Assembly: GCA_965140415.1 (NCBI GenBank)
Contig: OZ223209.1
Span: forward strand, 928,001 to 992,000
From: Myxococcota bacterium
GTDB lineage: Bacteria > Myxococcota_A > SURF-8
DNA: 64,000 nucleotides
Direction of reading: 5' to 3'
In this document: in pieces, positions 40,740-51,132 of the stretch
Position numbering within the stretch: position 1 is the stretch's first letter
How the letters are laid out: the number at the start of each line of letters is the position of its first letter
The notes under the pieces: generated by a model
What the model saw: only the letters and a program-made list of their open reading frames with translations
Database searches by the model: none
What the model was told of the DNA's origin: nothing
Program-made: the position numbers and the translations under genes

Positions 40740-41813
40740 ATGTGTAGCGTGAAAACATCGTTTACTCTTTCCCCCGTCGGTTGGATGCGAACGCCTTACG
40801 ATCCATCTTTTACGCCGCATCAGCCGCCCGCGCGCGAAATCGAAGCGGGGGCGTTCCGGTTAGAAGTCAATCCGGAATTTGCAGAGGCGCTGCATCGATT
40901 GAATGAATGCCGCTATCTCGCGCTGCTTTCCTATTTCGATAAAAATCAAGGCGACGTGGCGCTTCGCGTTAAGCCGCCTTGGCTGGACGGCGTGGAAGTC
41001 GGTTTGTTCGCCAGTCGTTCTCCCAAACGGCCCAATCCGATTGGATTGCACGTTGTGCGTCTATTGAAAATCGAGGGCAACACCCTGTTCACCGGGCCGA
41101 TCGATTTATACGACAGCACCCCGATATTGGACATCAAACCCTACTTCGTCACCTTGGATGCCAAAGCCGATGCCGGTGACGGCTGGATGGACAGCGTCGA
41201 AGGTAAGGCACATTTATTGGAACATATGCTCGGAATTCCACACGAACACGGCGAGCATGGACACGATCATGCGCACGGGCACGAGCATCAGGCCGGGCAC
41301 CAGGCGCACGATCACGGCGAGCACAGCCACCGCGCAAGTTCGCAAGTCGATGCGCTCGATGGCGATCACGCTCACCAGCATGAAAGCGGCGCGGATTCCG
41401 AACACGATCATCATCATCACCATCATAGTCACACTCACAGCCATAGCCACGCGCAGGATCATATCCACGAGCACGGCGAGGACGAAGGCCACAGCCACAG
41501 CCATCACCACGCGCATTCTTCGGATCATGGCCATCAGCACGGCGTGACGCATGAACATCTGCACGAGCACGAGCATCGGCATGGAGATGAATCGCACACG
41601 CACGTTCATCATCACCATCATCATCATGATTCGGCTCCCGATCATCACGATCACGAGCACAGCCACACGCACGAACATCCGCACGCGCATGCAGGCGAAC
41701 ACGCTCATTCACACGGAGACAATCCGGCGGGAGAGCATTCTCACGCGCACACGCATCAACACGCCCACCCACACGCGGAAGGGCATCACCACGATGCGGA
41801 TTCCAAGGAGTAG
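40740..41813 (+). CDS. tsaA: TrmO/TsaA-family SAM-dependent methyltransferase with long His-rich C-terminal tail
   Basis: PVG..RTPY, GLFASRSPKRPNPIGL, D..DSTPILDIKPY motifs. ~190-aa tail with ~75 His. AGGAGG RBS. Confidence 0.85.
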   Translation: MCSVKTSFTLSPVGWMRTPYDPSFTPHQPPAREIEAGAFRLEVNPEFAEALHRLNECRYLALLSYFDKNQGDVALRVKPPWLDGVEVGLFASRSPKRPNPIGLHVVRLLKIEGNTLFTGPIDLYDSTPILDIKPYFVTLDAKADAGDGWMDSVEGKAHLLEHMLGIPHEHGEHGHDHAHGHEHQAGHQAHDHGEHSHRASSQVDALDGDHAHQHESGADSEHDHHHHHHSHTHSHSHAQDHIHEHGEDEGHSHSHHHAHSSDHGHQHGVTHEHLHEHEHRHGDESHTHVHHHHHHHDSAPDHHDHEHSHTHEHPHAHAGEHAHSHGDNPAGEHSHAHTHQHAHPHAEGHHHDADSKE

Positions 41814-41892
41814 GATACAATATCTGACCCGACCTACGGATGGATATAAAATGAAGCAGCAGCAGTAGGTTGGCCAAATATCTGACCCGACA
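41810..41892. repeat. Pair of REP-like palindromes, family A
   Basis: Minus GTAGGTCGGGTCAGATATT... (starting at 41837) and plus GTAGGTTGGCCAAATATCTGACCCGACA (41865-41892). Confidence 0.75.
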
Positions 41893-41897
41893 CCAAT

Positions 41898-42794
41898 CTA
41901 CGCCTGGCTGGTAAGAGGGAAAACGAATGGGCGATCGTCCATCGGAAAGAATCCTTGTACGAAAAGTTCGGATTGGGTTTCACGCTTGACGAGTAGATCC
42001 GGTGCGTCCATCAAATCAGGGGTGAAATCGTAGATAATCTTTTTAACACCGGGGCCTCCGATAAATGGGAACAGTTTCGTTATCGGTGGAATGGTTTCCC
42101 CGATAACATCGATCAGACGCAATGTGTTTCCGCTTGTTCGGAAAATGATCGCTACGCCTAGAGATTCTATAAAATACAAATCGTTGGGGTAAGCTACCGA
42201 GGCGTGAAACATAAGCAGCCAGCTCTGCCGTTGAACGCCGACCAGAGATGACACGGAAGTTCGAGAGACCGCCAACCCGTTTAGCAACTCCCGGTCGTGA
42301 AAGTTCATCAGGTCAAGCTTTGCTGCCTTTTCGGGCGAGACAGTGAAAGGCGGTGCCGCAGATTCGAAAGTATACTGCGGCAGGTTCCGATAACCGAACT
42401 GCTGGTAAAAATCAAACGCGGAGGGATTTGCGAAAAGAAAAAATAACTCGTGTGTATCTCTCCTGTGCTGATGAGCCTTTTTCATCAAGGTTTTAATAAG
42501 ACCTTGCTTGCGATAGTTGGGCAGAGTGGCAACCGTCCCAATCTGGATCGCGTTAACAGGCTTGTTCGCTACGATCAGATTCATTGGAGAGGCGGAAACG
42601 TTTGCTACAACACGATTCTGCTTGAAGAATGAAAATGGCGTATATTCCGTAAACGCATACCCGAGATCGTTCCAGGGTGAAAAATCCAGACCGCCGAAAA
42701 TGTCGGACACAAAGGAATTGAGCGCTTGTCTGGCTTCCGGCTCATGATAATAGGCCTGTCGAAATTCCAAGTCTTTCATAATATCGCTCATCAT
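41898..42794 (-). CDS. GNAT-family N-acetyltransferase
   Basis: QIGTVATLPNYRKQGL (motif A), FLFAN..A..FY..FGY. Start codon uncertain. Confidence 0.85.
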   Translation of the reverse strand: MMSDIMKDLEFRQAYYHEPEARQALNSFVSDIFGGLDFSPWNDLGYAFTEYTPFSFFKQNRVVANVSASPMNLIVANKPVNAIQIGTVATLPNYRKQGLIKTLMKKAHQHRRDTHELFFLFANPSAFDFYQQFGYRNLPQYTFESAAPPFTVSPEKAAKLDLMNFHDRELLNGLAVSRTSVSSLVGVQRQSWLLMFHASVAYPNDLYFIESLGVAIIFRTSGNTLRLIDVIGETIPPITKLFPFIGGPGVKKIIYDFTPDLMDAPDLLVKRETQSELFVQGFFPMDDRPFVFPLTSQA

Positions 42795-42923
42795 ACAACA
42801 CCTATAACCAAACGACAGCACCCGTAAAAACGGCTCGGGCAAAGCCATGTTCACCCGAGCCGTATATCTTTGTCCCCCCGCCTTAATAACGGGGGAAAAC
42901 GATATTACAAACGTATCCGGAAA

Positions 42924-44732
42924 TTAATCCAGGCGGTATTCCACGCGCTCGATCAGATGCTGAGCGATCAGATCTTTCAAGCCCATCGTGTTCAAACCGT
43001 AGGGTTTCATCATGCGATGCATGGCCTTCAGGTTCTTGGCGAATTCTTCCTCGCTGTCTCCGGCGACATTGGCGCAGATCTGGCGCACGCGCTCCTGGAT
43101 GCTGCGGAATTTTTCGTAAACCAGCACCTGGGTCAGCATGATCGGCACCTTGCAGGCTTCCTCGCCCTTGTCGGCGATCATCTTCATGGTGCGCAGATAC
43201 GCACTCTCGGCACCGTAGACATCCATCATCATGTCGGCAAGGTTCTCCAACAGGATCTGGTTCTTCATCAGGTATTTGGGATCAGCCATGGCTTTTTGAG
43301 CCGGAACGCCAAGACCGAAGACGCCCCACTGGCGAATCAATTCGACCACCGTGGCTTCGCGACCCAGTACGCCCTCGGCGTCGTCGCGGTTGATCTGGTC
43401 GTCTTTGATCTTGCTCATCAGGGTCGTGATCGGCGTCATCAGATCGATTTCCCCGCCCATCGCGCGGCGCATCAACGTGCCGGGCATGATCATGCGGTTG
43501 ACTTCGTTGGTGCCTTCGAAGATGCGGTTGATGCGAGCATCGCGGTAGTGACCGCAAACCGGGTATTCTTCGATAAAGCCGTAACCGCCGTGCAACTGCA
43601 CACCGTCATCGACAACGCGCGCCAGCGCTTCGGAGCCGTACACCTTGAGAATCGAGGCTTCGATGGCGTATTCTTCGATACAGGCGACTTTCTTCATCGG
43701 ATAGGACGCATCGTCTACCGGAACGTCGATCTGCTCGATGGCGTCATCGATCAGACCCGCAGTGCGATAGGCCATCGATTCGGTGGTGTAAATTTCGGTC
43801 GCCATGTCGGCCAGCTTGCGGCGGCTCATCTGGAAACTGTCGATGGAACGGCCAAACTGCTTGCGCTCACTGGTATAAACCAGCGACTCTTTGAGCACCT
43901 GTTTGCACACGCCCAACGAACCCAGACCCAGTTTCAAGCGGCCAATGTTCAGAATGTTCAGCGCCACTTTGTGGCCTTTGCCGATGTCACCCAGCAGGTT
44001 TTCGACCGGGATCTTGGCGTCGTCCATGATCAACTGACGGGTCGAGCTGCCTTTGATGCCCATCTTGTGCTCTTCCGCACCGGTGCTCACGCCCGGAGCG
44101 TCGGCATCGACGATGAAGGCGCTGAAATGCTCGCCATCAACCTTGGCGTAAACGGTATAGACGTTGGCGAAACCGGCGTTGGTGATGAACTGCTTGGTGC
44201 CGTTCAAGATCCAGTATTTACCGTCTTCACTTTTGACGGCCTTGGTTTTGGCGCCCAGCGCGTCGGAGCCGAAACCTTCTTCGGTCAGCGCATACGCACC
44301 CAGAAATTCACCGGTGGCCAGTTTCGTCAGGTATTTTTCCTTTTGCTCGTGATTGCCGAAATAGACGATCGGCAGGGTGCCGATGCCGGTCTGGCACATC
44401 ATCGAGGTGGTGAAGCTACCCAGTTTGCTGGAATGTTCGGCTACCAGCATCGCGGCTTTCAAACCCTGCTCCAACCCGCCGTACTCTTCCGGTACTTCGA
44501 CCATCAGCAGGCCCAATTCACCAGCTTTTTTCAATAGTTCCGTGTTCAGCTGGATTTTCGTTTCCGACGCTTCCAATTCCTCTTTACGAGGATAGACTTC
44601 GCCCATCACGAAATCGTGAGCAGTTTTGGCGAACATCAGGTTGTCTTCGTCGAAATCTTCCATCGTGAAGATGTCGGCGGCATTCGTCGCTTCGAGCAGG
44701 AACGTCCCGCCCTTTTTCAATGTCTCGGCCAT
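42924..44732 (-). CDS. Acyl-CoA dehydrogenase (long, FadE/ACAD9-like)
   Basis: YALTE..GSDA, GTKQFITN, KMGIKGSST, QLHGGYGF, RIFEGTNE. AAGGAGG RBS before ATG 44732. Confidence 0.93.
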   Translation of the reverse strand: MAETLKKGGTFLLEATNAADIFTMEDFDEDNLMFAKTAHDFVMGEVYPRKEELEASETKIQLNTELLKKAGELGLLMVEVPEEYGGLEQGLKAAMLVAEHSSKLGSFTTSMMCQTGIGTLPIVYFGNHEQKEKYLTKLATGEFLGAYALTEEGFGSDALGAKTKAVKSEDGKYWILNGTKQFITNAGFANVYTVYAKVDGEHFSAFIVDADAPGVSTGAEEHKMGIKGSSTRQLIMDDAKIPVENLLGDIGKGHKVALNILNIGRLKLGLGSLGVCKQVLKESLVYTSERKQFGRSIDSFQMSRRKLADMATEIYTTESMAYRTAGLIDDAIEQIDVPVDDASYPMKKVACIEEYAIEASILKVYGSEALARVVDDGVQLHGGYGFIEEYPVCGHYRDARINRIFEGTNEVNRMIMPGTLMRRAMGGEIDLMTPITTLMSKIKDDQINRDDAEGVLGREATVVELIRQWGVFGLGVPAQKAMADPKYLMKNQILLENLADMMMDVYGAESAYLRTMKMIADKGEEACKVPIMLTQVLVYEKFRSIQERVRQICANVAGDSEEEFAKNLKAMHRMMKPYGLNTMGLKDLIAQHLIERVEYRLD

Positions 44733-44803
44733 GGTTTCCTCCTTATTTAAGAACAAAATCAAGAACAGATAAATTCACGGATTGTACAAGCGGCAACCGT
44801 AAA

Positions 44804-44821
44804 AATGAATGGCTATTCATT
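44804..44821. promoter_or_regulatory. Palindromic operator (TetR/FadR-like) upstream of the acyl-CoA dehydrogenase
   Basis: AATGAAT-ggct-ATTCATT, just downstream of a minus-strand TTGACA-N18-TAGGTT. Confidence 0.55.
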
Positions 44822-45043
44822 ATGAATTTAACCTAGCACGCAGCGGGCAAGACTGTCAAGATCTATCCTGGCGTTGCCATCTGATGAAGGATGGAAACCC
44901 TGCGATCCAATCGAAGTTGTAAAAAAACGACTACCTATTATTTTTAAGAAAAAACACAAAAAATCGGCCTCTCTACCCGCAAAAACGCGCCAAACACCCA
45001 TAAAAACGAGCTTTCTTCCCTATTTTAATTATGAGCGGGATAT

Positions 45044-45073
45044 TTGACCTGGGACGTCAATCTGAGGTACAAT
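45044..45073 (+). promoter_or_regulatory. sigma70-like promoter of clpP-clpX-lon
   Basis: TTGACC-N18-TACAAT, with the -35 inside TTGAC-N7-GTCAA. Confidence 0.55.
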
Positions 45074-45218
45074 ACAAAAGTTGTGGCTATTTCGGAATCA
45101 TCCGAAGCCGTTTTGCGTCTTCACAATGAGGCGAGTGTCACCCAAAGCGGAAACGCTGGGAAACGCGATCATTTGAAGGCGCTCAAATTTGTCCGATCCA
45201 TGGAGGTAACATAGTAAA

Positions 45219-45830
45219 ATGACATTGGTTCCCATTGTAGTAGAACAGTCCCATCGCGGCGAGCGGACCTATGACATTTATTCGCGGTTGCTCAAAGAGC
45301 GGATTATCTTCATCGGGCAAGCCATCGATGATCATATCGCCTCGCTGGTTGTCGCTCAGTTGTTGTTTCTGGAATCGGAAGATCCGGAACGCGACATCCA
45401 CCTGTACATCAATTCTCCCGGCGGTGTGGTGACTGCCGGAATGGCGATTTACGACACCATGCAATATGTCAAACCCGACATCTGTACCTATTGTATGGGC
45501 CAGGCTGCGTCGATGGGAGCGGTATTGCTGACCAGCGGTACGGCCAACAAGCGCTATGCCCTGCCGCATGCCCGCATCATGATTCATCAACCCTGGGGAG
45601 GTTTCCAGGGGCAGGCGACGGATGTTGAAATCCACGCCAAGGAAATGATGAAAATGAAGAAAAGCCTGACCGAGATTATGTGTAAGCATACCGGCCAGAG
45701 CTTCAAGAAACTGAGTAACGATATGGAACGCGACTTCTTCCTGGATTCCGAGCAGGCTTGTAAATACGGGCTGATCGATAAAGTCCTGGAGCACAAAGCG
45801 GAAGCCGATTCCAACGACGATACCAAATAA
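45219..45830 (+). CDS. clpP: ATP-dependent Clp protease proteolytic subunit
   Basis: [34 protein letters not shown]. Confidence 0.97.
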   Translation: MTLVPIVVEQSHRGERTYDIYSRLLKERIIFIGQAIDDHIASLVVAQLLFLESEDPERDIHLYINSPGGVVTAGMAIYDTMQYVKPDICTYCMGQAASMGAVLLTSGTANKRYALPHARIMIHQPWGGFQGQATDVEIHAKEMMKMKKSLTEIMCKHTGQSFKKLSNDMERDFFLDSEQACKYGLIDKVLEHKAEADSNDDTK

Positions 45831-45850
45831 CGAGAGAGGAATCTCGCGCA

Positions 45851-47110
45851 ATGAGTAGCAATAAAGACCTCAGGTGCTCGTTCTGCGGCAAAAGCCAGCG
45901 GCAGGTCAAGAAATTGATCGCCGGACCGAGCGCCTACATCTGCGACGAGTGCATTTCGCTGTGCAACGAAATCATAGCGGAGGAATCGGAGCGGGATGAA
46001 AGCATTACCGCTTCTGCGTTTAACGTTCCAAAACCCTATGAAATTCATCAGCATTTAAACGACTACGTCATCGGTCAGGAACGCGCCAAGCGCATTTTGT
46101 CGGTGGCGGTGTACAATCATTACAAGCGGATCAGCCACCCGGCCAAACCCGGCGAAGTGGAACTGCAAAAAAGCAATATTCTGCTGATCGGACCGACCGG
46201 AACAGGGAAAACGCTGTTGGCGCAGACCTTGGCCAAACTGTTGGATGTGCCCTTTGCGCTGGCGGATGCCACCACATTGACCGAAGCCGGTTACGTGGGC
46301 GAAGACGTGGAGAACATCCTCGTCAGCCTGTTGCAGGTGGCCGATCACGACCTGGAGCGCGCCTCGCGCGGCATCGTGTATATCGACGAAATCGACAAGA
46401 TCGGACGCAAGAGCGACAATCCCTCCATCACCCGTGACGTCAGTGGCGAAGGCGTACAGCAGGCCCTGTTGAAGATTCTGGAAGGCACGGTTGCGAATCT
46501 GCCGCCCAAGGGCGGACGCAAGCACCCGCAACAGGAATTCGTGCAGATGGACACAACCAACATCCTGTTTATCTGCGGTGGTGCGTTCAACGGTCTGGAA
46601 AAGCTCGTCGAGCAGCGTGTGGGTGTCAAGGAAATGGGATTCGGCGCCAACGTGGTGAGCCGCAAGGAAAAGAAACTGGGTGAATTGTTCGAACAGTCCG
46701 AACCGGAAGATCTGATCAAATTCGGTCTGATTCCGGAGTTCGTTGGACGTCTGCCCATTTCAGCGGCGCTGGACGAATTGAGTGAACAGGATCTGGTACG
46801 AATTCTTACCGAACCGAGAAATGCGCTGAGCAAGCAGTATCACCGGTTATTCGAGTTGGACGGCGTCCGTTTGAAATTCACCGACGAGTCGTTGGTGGCG
46901 GTCGCGCGAAAGGCCGCTCGTCAGAACTCCGGTGCGCGCGGATTGCGGTCGGTGATGGAAGACATCATGCTGGACATCATGTACGACATTCCATCCAAAA
47001 CCAATATTCGAGAAGTGGTCATCAATGAGGATGTGATCAATGGAGGCAAAGCCCCATTGACGATTCTAAGCAACAAGAAGGAAAAGTCCACCGAAGTAGA
47101 ATCGGCCTAG
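45851..47110 (+). CDS. clpX: ATP-dependent Clp protease ATP-binding subunit
   Basis: CSFC..CDEC zinc finger, [29 protein letters not shown]. Confidence 0.97.
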   Translation: MSSNKDLRCSFCGKSQRQVKKLIAGPSAYICDECISLCNEIIAEESERDESITASAFNVPKPYEIHQHLNDYVIGQERAKRILSVAVYNHYKRISHPAKPGEVELQKSNILLIGPTGTGKTLLAQTLAKLLDVPFALADATTLTEAGYVGEDVENILVSLLQVADHDLERASRGIVYIDEIDKIGRKSDNPSITRDVSGEGVQQALLKILEGTVANLPPKGGRKHPQQEFVQMDTTNILFICGGAFNGLEKLVEQRVGVKEMGFGANVVSRKEKKLGELFEQSEPEDLIKFGLIPEFVGRLPISAALDELSEQDLVRILTEPRNALSKQYHRLFELDGVRLKFTDESLVAVARKAARQNSGARGLRSVMEDIMLDIMYDIPSKTNIREVVINEDVINGGKAPLTILSNKKEKSTEVESA

Positions 47111-47154
47111 GACAAGCCACAAGCTCGCACTAAAAGCTAACATAAGGTTTTATA

Positions 47155-49569
47155 ATGTTTTTCAAGCAGAACGAGAATGAATCCAGCAGCGGCGAGGAAA
47201 AGAACATTTACACGCTGCTGCCCCTTCGCGATGTCGTGATCTTCCCGCACATGATGGTTCCTTTGTTTGTGGGCCGGGGAAAATCGATCAAAGCGTTGGA
47301 GGAAGCCACCAAGAACGATAAAGACATCTTTCTGGTCGCCCAGAAGCAGGCCAAAGTCAACGATCCGCAGGCCAGCGATATTTTCGATGTGGGCACCATC
47401 GGTTCCATCGTTCAAATCCTGAAACTGCCCGACGGCACCGTGCGCGTGTTGGTTGAAGGCAAGCATCGGGCGCGTATCCAGCGTTTCGTGCAGACCGATC
47501 CCTACTTCGAAGTCGAAGTGGAGGACATGACCGATCCCTCCGCCGATGCCGTGGAATTGAAGGCCATGCGCCGTTCCATTTACAGCGCCTTCGAATCCTA
47601 CCTGGAATACGCCAAAAAGATTCCGAAAGACATCTTGAAGTCGCTTTCCAGTATCGAGTCGCCCTCGCAACTGGCCGACACCATCGTGTTGTCGCTCAAT
47701 CTGAAACTGCGCGAACGACAGGAACTGCTGGAAACGATCGACGTGCGCGAGCGCCTGGAGAAGCTGTATGAGATTCTTCAGCGGGAAATCGAAATCCTGC
47801 AAGTGGAGCGCCGCATCAAGAGCCGCATCAAAAAGCAGATGGAGCGCAACCAGAAGGAATACTACCTGAACGAACAGATGTCCGCCATCCAGAAGGAACT
47901 GGGTGATCAGGACGAATTCAAAAACGAGTTGAAAGAAATGGAAGAAGCCATCCGACGCAAGGGCATGAGCGCCGAAGCGGAAGGAAAAGCTCTGAAGGAA
48001 TTGAAGAAGCTGCGCATGATGTCTCCCATGAGCGCCGAAGCAACGGTGGTGCGCAACTACATCGACTGGATGATTTCGATTCCCTGGCAGGAGAACAGCG
48101 AAGATGTCACCGACATCAACGAGGCGAACCAGGTACTGGAAGAGGATCATTACGGGTTGAAAAAACCCAAAGAGCGCATCCTGGAATACCTGGCGGTCAA
48201 AACCCTGGTCGGCGATATGAAAGGCCCGATCCTGTGTTTCGTCGGTCCTCCGGGCGTCGGTAAAACCTCACTGGCAAAAAGCATCGCTCGCGCGACCGGT
48301 CGCAAGCTGGTGCGGCTGTCATTGGGTGGCGTACGTGATGAAGCCGAGATTCGTGGACACCGGCGCACCTATATCGGTGCATTGCCGGGCAAGCTGATCC
48401 AGATGATGAAAAAAGCGGGAACCATCAACCCGGTGATCCTGCTCGACGAAATCGACAAGCTCTCCTCCGACTATCGCGGCGATCCCAGTTCGGCGCTGCT
48501 GGAGGCGTTGGACCCGGAGCAGAACCACACCTTCAACGATCACTACCTGGATGTCGATTACGACCTGTCCAAGGTGCTGTTCTTGACCACGGCCAACTAT
48601 CTGAACAACATTCCACCGGCTCTGAAGGACCGGCTGGAAATCATCGATCTGCCCGGCTACACCGAGGACGACAAACTGAGCATCGCCAAGCAGTTCCTCA
48701 TTCCCAAGCAGGTCGAGGCCAACGGCTTGAATGAAATGGACATTCGCATATCCGACCACGCCATCAAGGGTATCATCCAGAATTACACCCGTGAGGCGGG
48801 TGTGCGTAACCTGGAACGCGAACTGGCAACCCTGCTGCGCAAAGTGGCGGTGCGTGTCCTCAAAGAGGGTAAACAGAAAAACTACAAGATCGGCAAGGAC
48901 ACACTGACCAAGAGTCTGGGTGTTGCCAAATTCCGCCGTGAGGCAATGGAACGCAAGAGCCAGATCGGTTTCAGTAACGGCCTGGCCTGGACGGAGATGG
49001 GCGGCGAGATCCTGAACATCGAAGTGGTCTTGGCTCCGGGCAAGGGCAAGCTGATCCTGACCGGCAAGTTGGGCGAAGTCATGCGCGAATCCGCTCAGGC
49101 GGCGCTAAGCTGGGTGCGTACCCATGCCGAAGTGCTGGGTGTGGAAGCCGACTTCTTCCAGAATTTCGATCTGCATCTGCACGTTCCGGCGGGTGCGACA
49201 CCCAAAGAAGGTCCATCGGCAGGTATCGCGATTATCAGCGCCATCGTTTCCGCCATCACCGGCATTCCGGTGCGTCACGATATCGCCATGACCGGCGAGA
49301 TCACGCTGCGCGGGCGCGTGCTGCAAATCGGTGGACTGAAGGAAAAACTGATGGCCGCCCATCGGGAGGGTGTCTTTGAAGCCATCGTTCCCAAGCTCAA
49401 TGAACTGGATTTGACCGAACTTCCCAATGCGGTGCGTAAATCGATGACCGTGCATACCGTAGAGGATGTCAGCGAAGTATTGAGTCTGGCGCTGGTGCAT
49501 CCCTGGATGCAGGAAAAGAACCCGGACAAGGCCTATCCCGCCGAACACGGCTCCAATGCACCGATGTAA
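47155..49569 (+). CDS. lon: Lon protease (LonA)
   Basis: [40 protein letters not shown]. Confidence 0.97.
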   Translation: MFFKQNENESSSGEEKNIYTLLPLRDVVIFPHMMVPLFVGRGKSIKALEEATKNDKDIFLVAQKQAKVNDPQASDIFDVGTIGSIVQILKLPDGTVRVLVEGKHRARIQRFVQTDPYFEVEVEDMTDPSADAVELKAMRRSIYSAFESYLEYAKKIPKDILKSLSSIESPSQLADTIVLSLNLKLRERQELLETIDVRERLEKLYEILQREIEILQVERRIKSRIKKQMERNQKEYYLNEQMSAIQKELGDQDEFKNELKEMEEAIRRKGMSAEAEGKALKELKKLRMMSPMSAEATVVRNYIDWMISIPWQENSEDVTDINEANQVLEEDHYGLKKPKERILEYLAVKTLVGDMKGPILCFVGPPGVGKTSLAKSIARATGRKLVRLSLGGVRDEAEIRGHRRTYIGALPGKLIQMMKKAGTINPVILLDEIDKLSSDYRGDPSSALLEALDPEQNHTFNDHYLDVDYDLSKVLFLTTANYLNNIPPALKDRLEIIDLPGYTEDDKLSIAKQFLIPKQVEANGLNEMDIRISDHAIKGIIQNYTREAGVRNLERELATLLRKVAVRVLKEGKQKNYKIGKDTLTKSLGVAKFRREAMERKSQIGFSNGLAWTEMGGEILNIEVVLAPGKGKLILTGKLGEVMRESAQAALSWVRTHAEVLGVEADFFQNFDLHLHVPAGATPKEGPSAGIAIISAIVSAITGIPVRHDIAMTGEITLRGRVLQIGGLKEKLMAAHREGVFEAIVPKLNELDLTELPNAVRKSMTVHTVEDVSEVLSLALVHPWMQEKNPDKAYPAEHGSNAPM

Positions 49570-49593
49570 TGATTCGAAGCAGGATTGATTATC

Positions 49594-49620
49594 GCGCCCC
49601 CTTTATCGGGGGCGCTTTTT
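49594..49620 (+). terminator. Rho-independent terminator after lon
   Basis: GCGCCCCC-tttatc-GGGGGCGC-TTTTT. Confidence 0.85.
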
Positions 49621-49723
49621 GTTGGGGGAAGCATGTAATCCCGCGCGTAATATTTCGGATCGGGATAGAATCAAGGACAAACAAATGGTTCAAGACAGGA
49701 GCCTTGAACCATCAATGGAAGAA

Positions 49724-49751
49724 TGTCGGGCAAGAAATTTGCCCGACCTAC
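49724..49751 (-). repeat. REP-like palindrome, family A
   Basis: Minus strand GTAGGTCGGGCAAATTTCTTGCCCGACA. Confidence 0.8.
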
Positions 49752-49795
49752 GCGAAAATGAAGATTCCAGCAGTCCTACTCAATAATAACGATCT

Positions 49796-50713
49796 TCAGT
49801 CCGTTAGATTCGATTCTGCGGCGGTGTAGGAGAAGCGAATCCGGTAGCCCATTTCCTGCGTGTCCTGGAATGTGTAATCGGGTGTCTGGCCCAAATAGAA
49901 AAAGGCGTTGGCCAGGGTTACCTTGAAGGTGCCGTATTGAACCAGAACCAGGTTGTTGGCGTCGGTTTCGCTGATGGCCCCGCTTAAAATGCCGTCGGAG
50001 ATGGTACCGTATTCCTCGCTGTAGGTGCCGCGCAATTCCGCGTCGCGAATCACTAAAATCGTGTCGGCGGTTTCACCCAATGGAAATTCGATGGTGAAAT
50101 GTTCTTCGGTCATGAAACGGCGTTCTTCCTGACTGGCGACTATTTCGATAACGACTTCTTGCTCGCTGTTGAACTGATAGGCCGCCCCGACCCGCTCGGC
50201 GACTCCCAGATGCATGTCATAGGGCAGCAGCGTCAGATCTTCGGTGTCGGGAGCGAGCATCATGTTCAGATTGTTCTGCGAAATCTGATCCACAAGCTGC
50301 TGATTGGCCATGGCGGTCAAATCCTGCGATCCCTGACCGGGAATCGTCACCACCAGTTGCGGCTCGGCCATGATCAAGGTATCCATGCGATAAGCATCGA
50401 CATCCGGTGTCGGAATGCTTTCTTCCTCGGCTTCGGCTTCCTGTTCCAGATCGCCGTCGGTGCTATCGCCATCGGGCAGCGGTTTGTCGCCATCGGGCAG
50501 CGGTTGATCGCCATCGACGACCACGAAGTCGCCGTCCGGAATGTAGACATCGCCGTCCGTGCTTTCCTGCTCGGTAGCTTCGGACTGATCCTCATCGCCA
50601 TCGACGATTACATCCGGGCCGCTGCTGTCTTCACTACAGGCAACGAGAAGCAGGGCGAGCAGGAAGATTGCGAAAAGTGAGCTAACAGCTCGGAAAGATA
50701 GGGACTTCTTCAT
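49796..50713 (-). CDS. Lipoprotein with acidic DGD-motif linker
   Basis: Lipobox LVAC, seven DGD motifs, AGGAGG RBS. Confidence 0.8.
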   Translation of the reverse strand: MKKSLSFRAVSSLFAIFLLALLLVACSEDSSGPDVIVDGDEDQSEATEQESTDGDVYIPDGDFVVVDGDQPLPDGDKPLPDGDSTDGDLEQEAEAEEESIPTPDVDAYRMDTLIMAEPQLVVTIPGQGSQDLTAMANQQLVDQISQNNLNMMLAPDTEDLTLLPYDMHLGVAERVGAAYQFNSEQEVVIEIVASQEERRFMTEEHFTIEFPLGETADTILVIRDAELRGTYSEEYGTISDGILSGAISETDANNLVLVQYGTFKVTLANAFFYLGQTPDYTFQDTQEMGYRIRFSYTAAESNLTD

Positions 50714-50735
50714 CTGGACCTCCTACAAACACGGA

Positions 50736-50960
50736 TCAGTAATATGCAAAATAACCGAAAATCAACAGGGTTACGGCTCCGGCGATACCAATCCAAAGCA
50801 CGACCGGGTCAAGCCGAAGACGCTCGTATAATTCCTTCTGCCGGGGATCGTTTTCCGCCCACCGAATGCGCTTGAACAGGGCGCGCGAGCGGAAGTTATT
50901 CCCTGTGTTCAACGCCTGTTCCAGCGCGGGCATGTCTTCTCGTGAAGTCTGCCGGGACAT
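50736..50960 (-). CDS. Small membrane protein
   Basis: AGGAGG RBS, 74 aa, C-terminal TM helix. Confidence 0.65.
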   Translation of the reverse strand: MSRQTSREDMPALEQALNTGNNFRSRALFKRIRWAENDPRQKELYERLRLDPVVLWIGIAGAVTLLIFGYFAYY

Positions 50961-51132
50961 CGACCGGCCTCCTGTTCATGTTGGAATCATACAAACGTGT
51001 TTGCAGTGTAGCACAGCTTCCGGTAGCGGAGAAAAAAAAACAAAAAAGCGCGTCATAAGACGATCTATATTTGAGTTTGAAGCCTCCTTCTGATAGGATA
51101 ACGCGGCTTTTTGTTTGTGAGGATAGTGCAGC

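Noticed and set aside
41149-41877. Several ORFs overlapping the His-rich tail
   Set aside because: Alternative frames of a low-complexity coding repeat
42870-44537. 555-aa plus-strand ORF
   Set aside because: Antisense shadow of the acyl-CoA dehydrogenase. No motifs, and typical of codon-biased genes
49195-49224. Lon active-site variant PKEGPSAG (E instead of the usual D)
   Set aside because: Conservative change with the Ser-Lys dyad intact. Not enough to claim altered function
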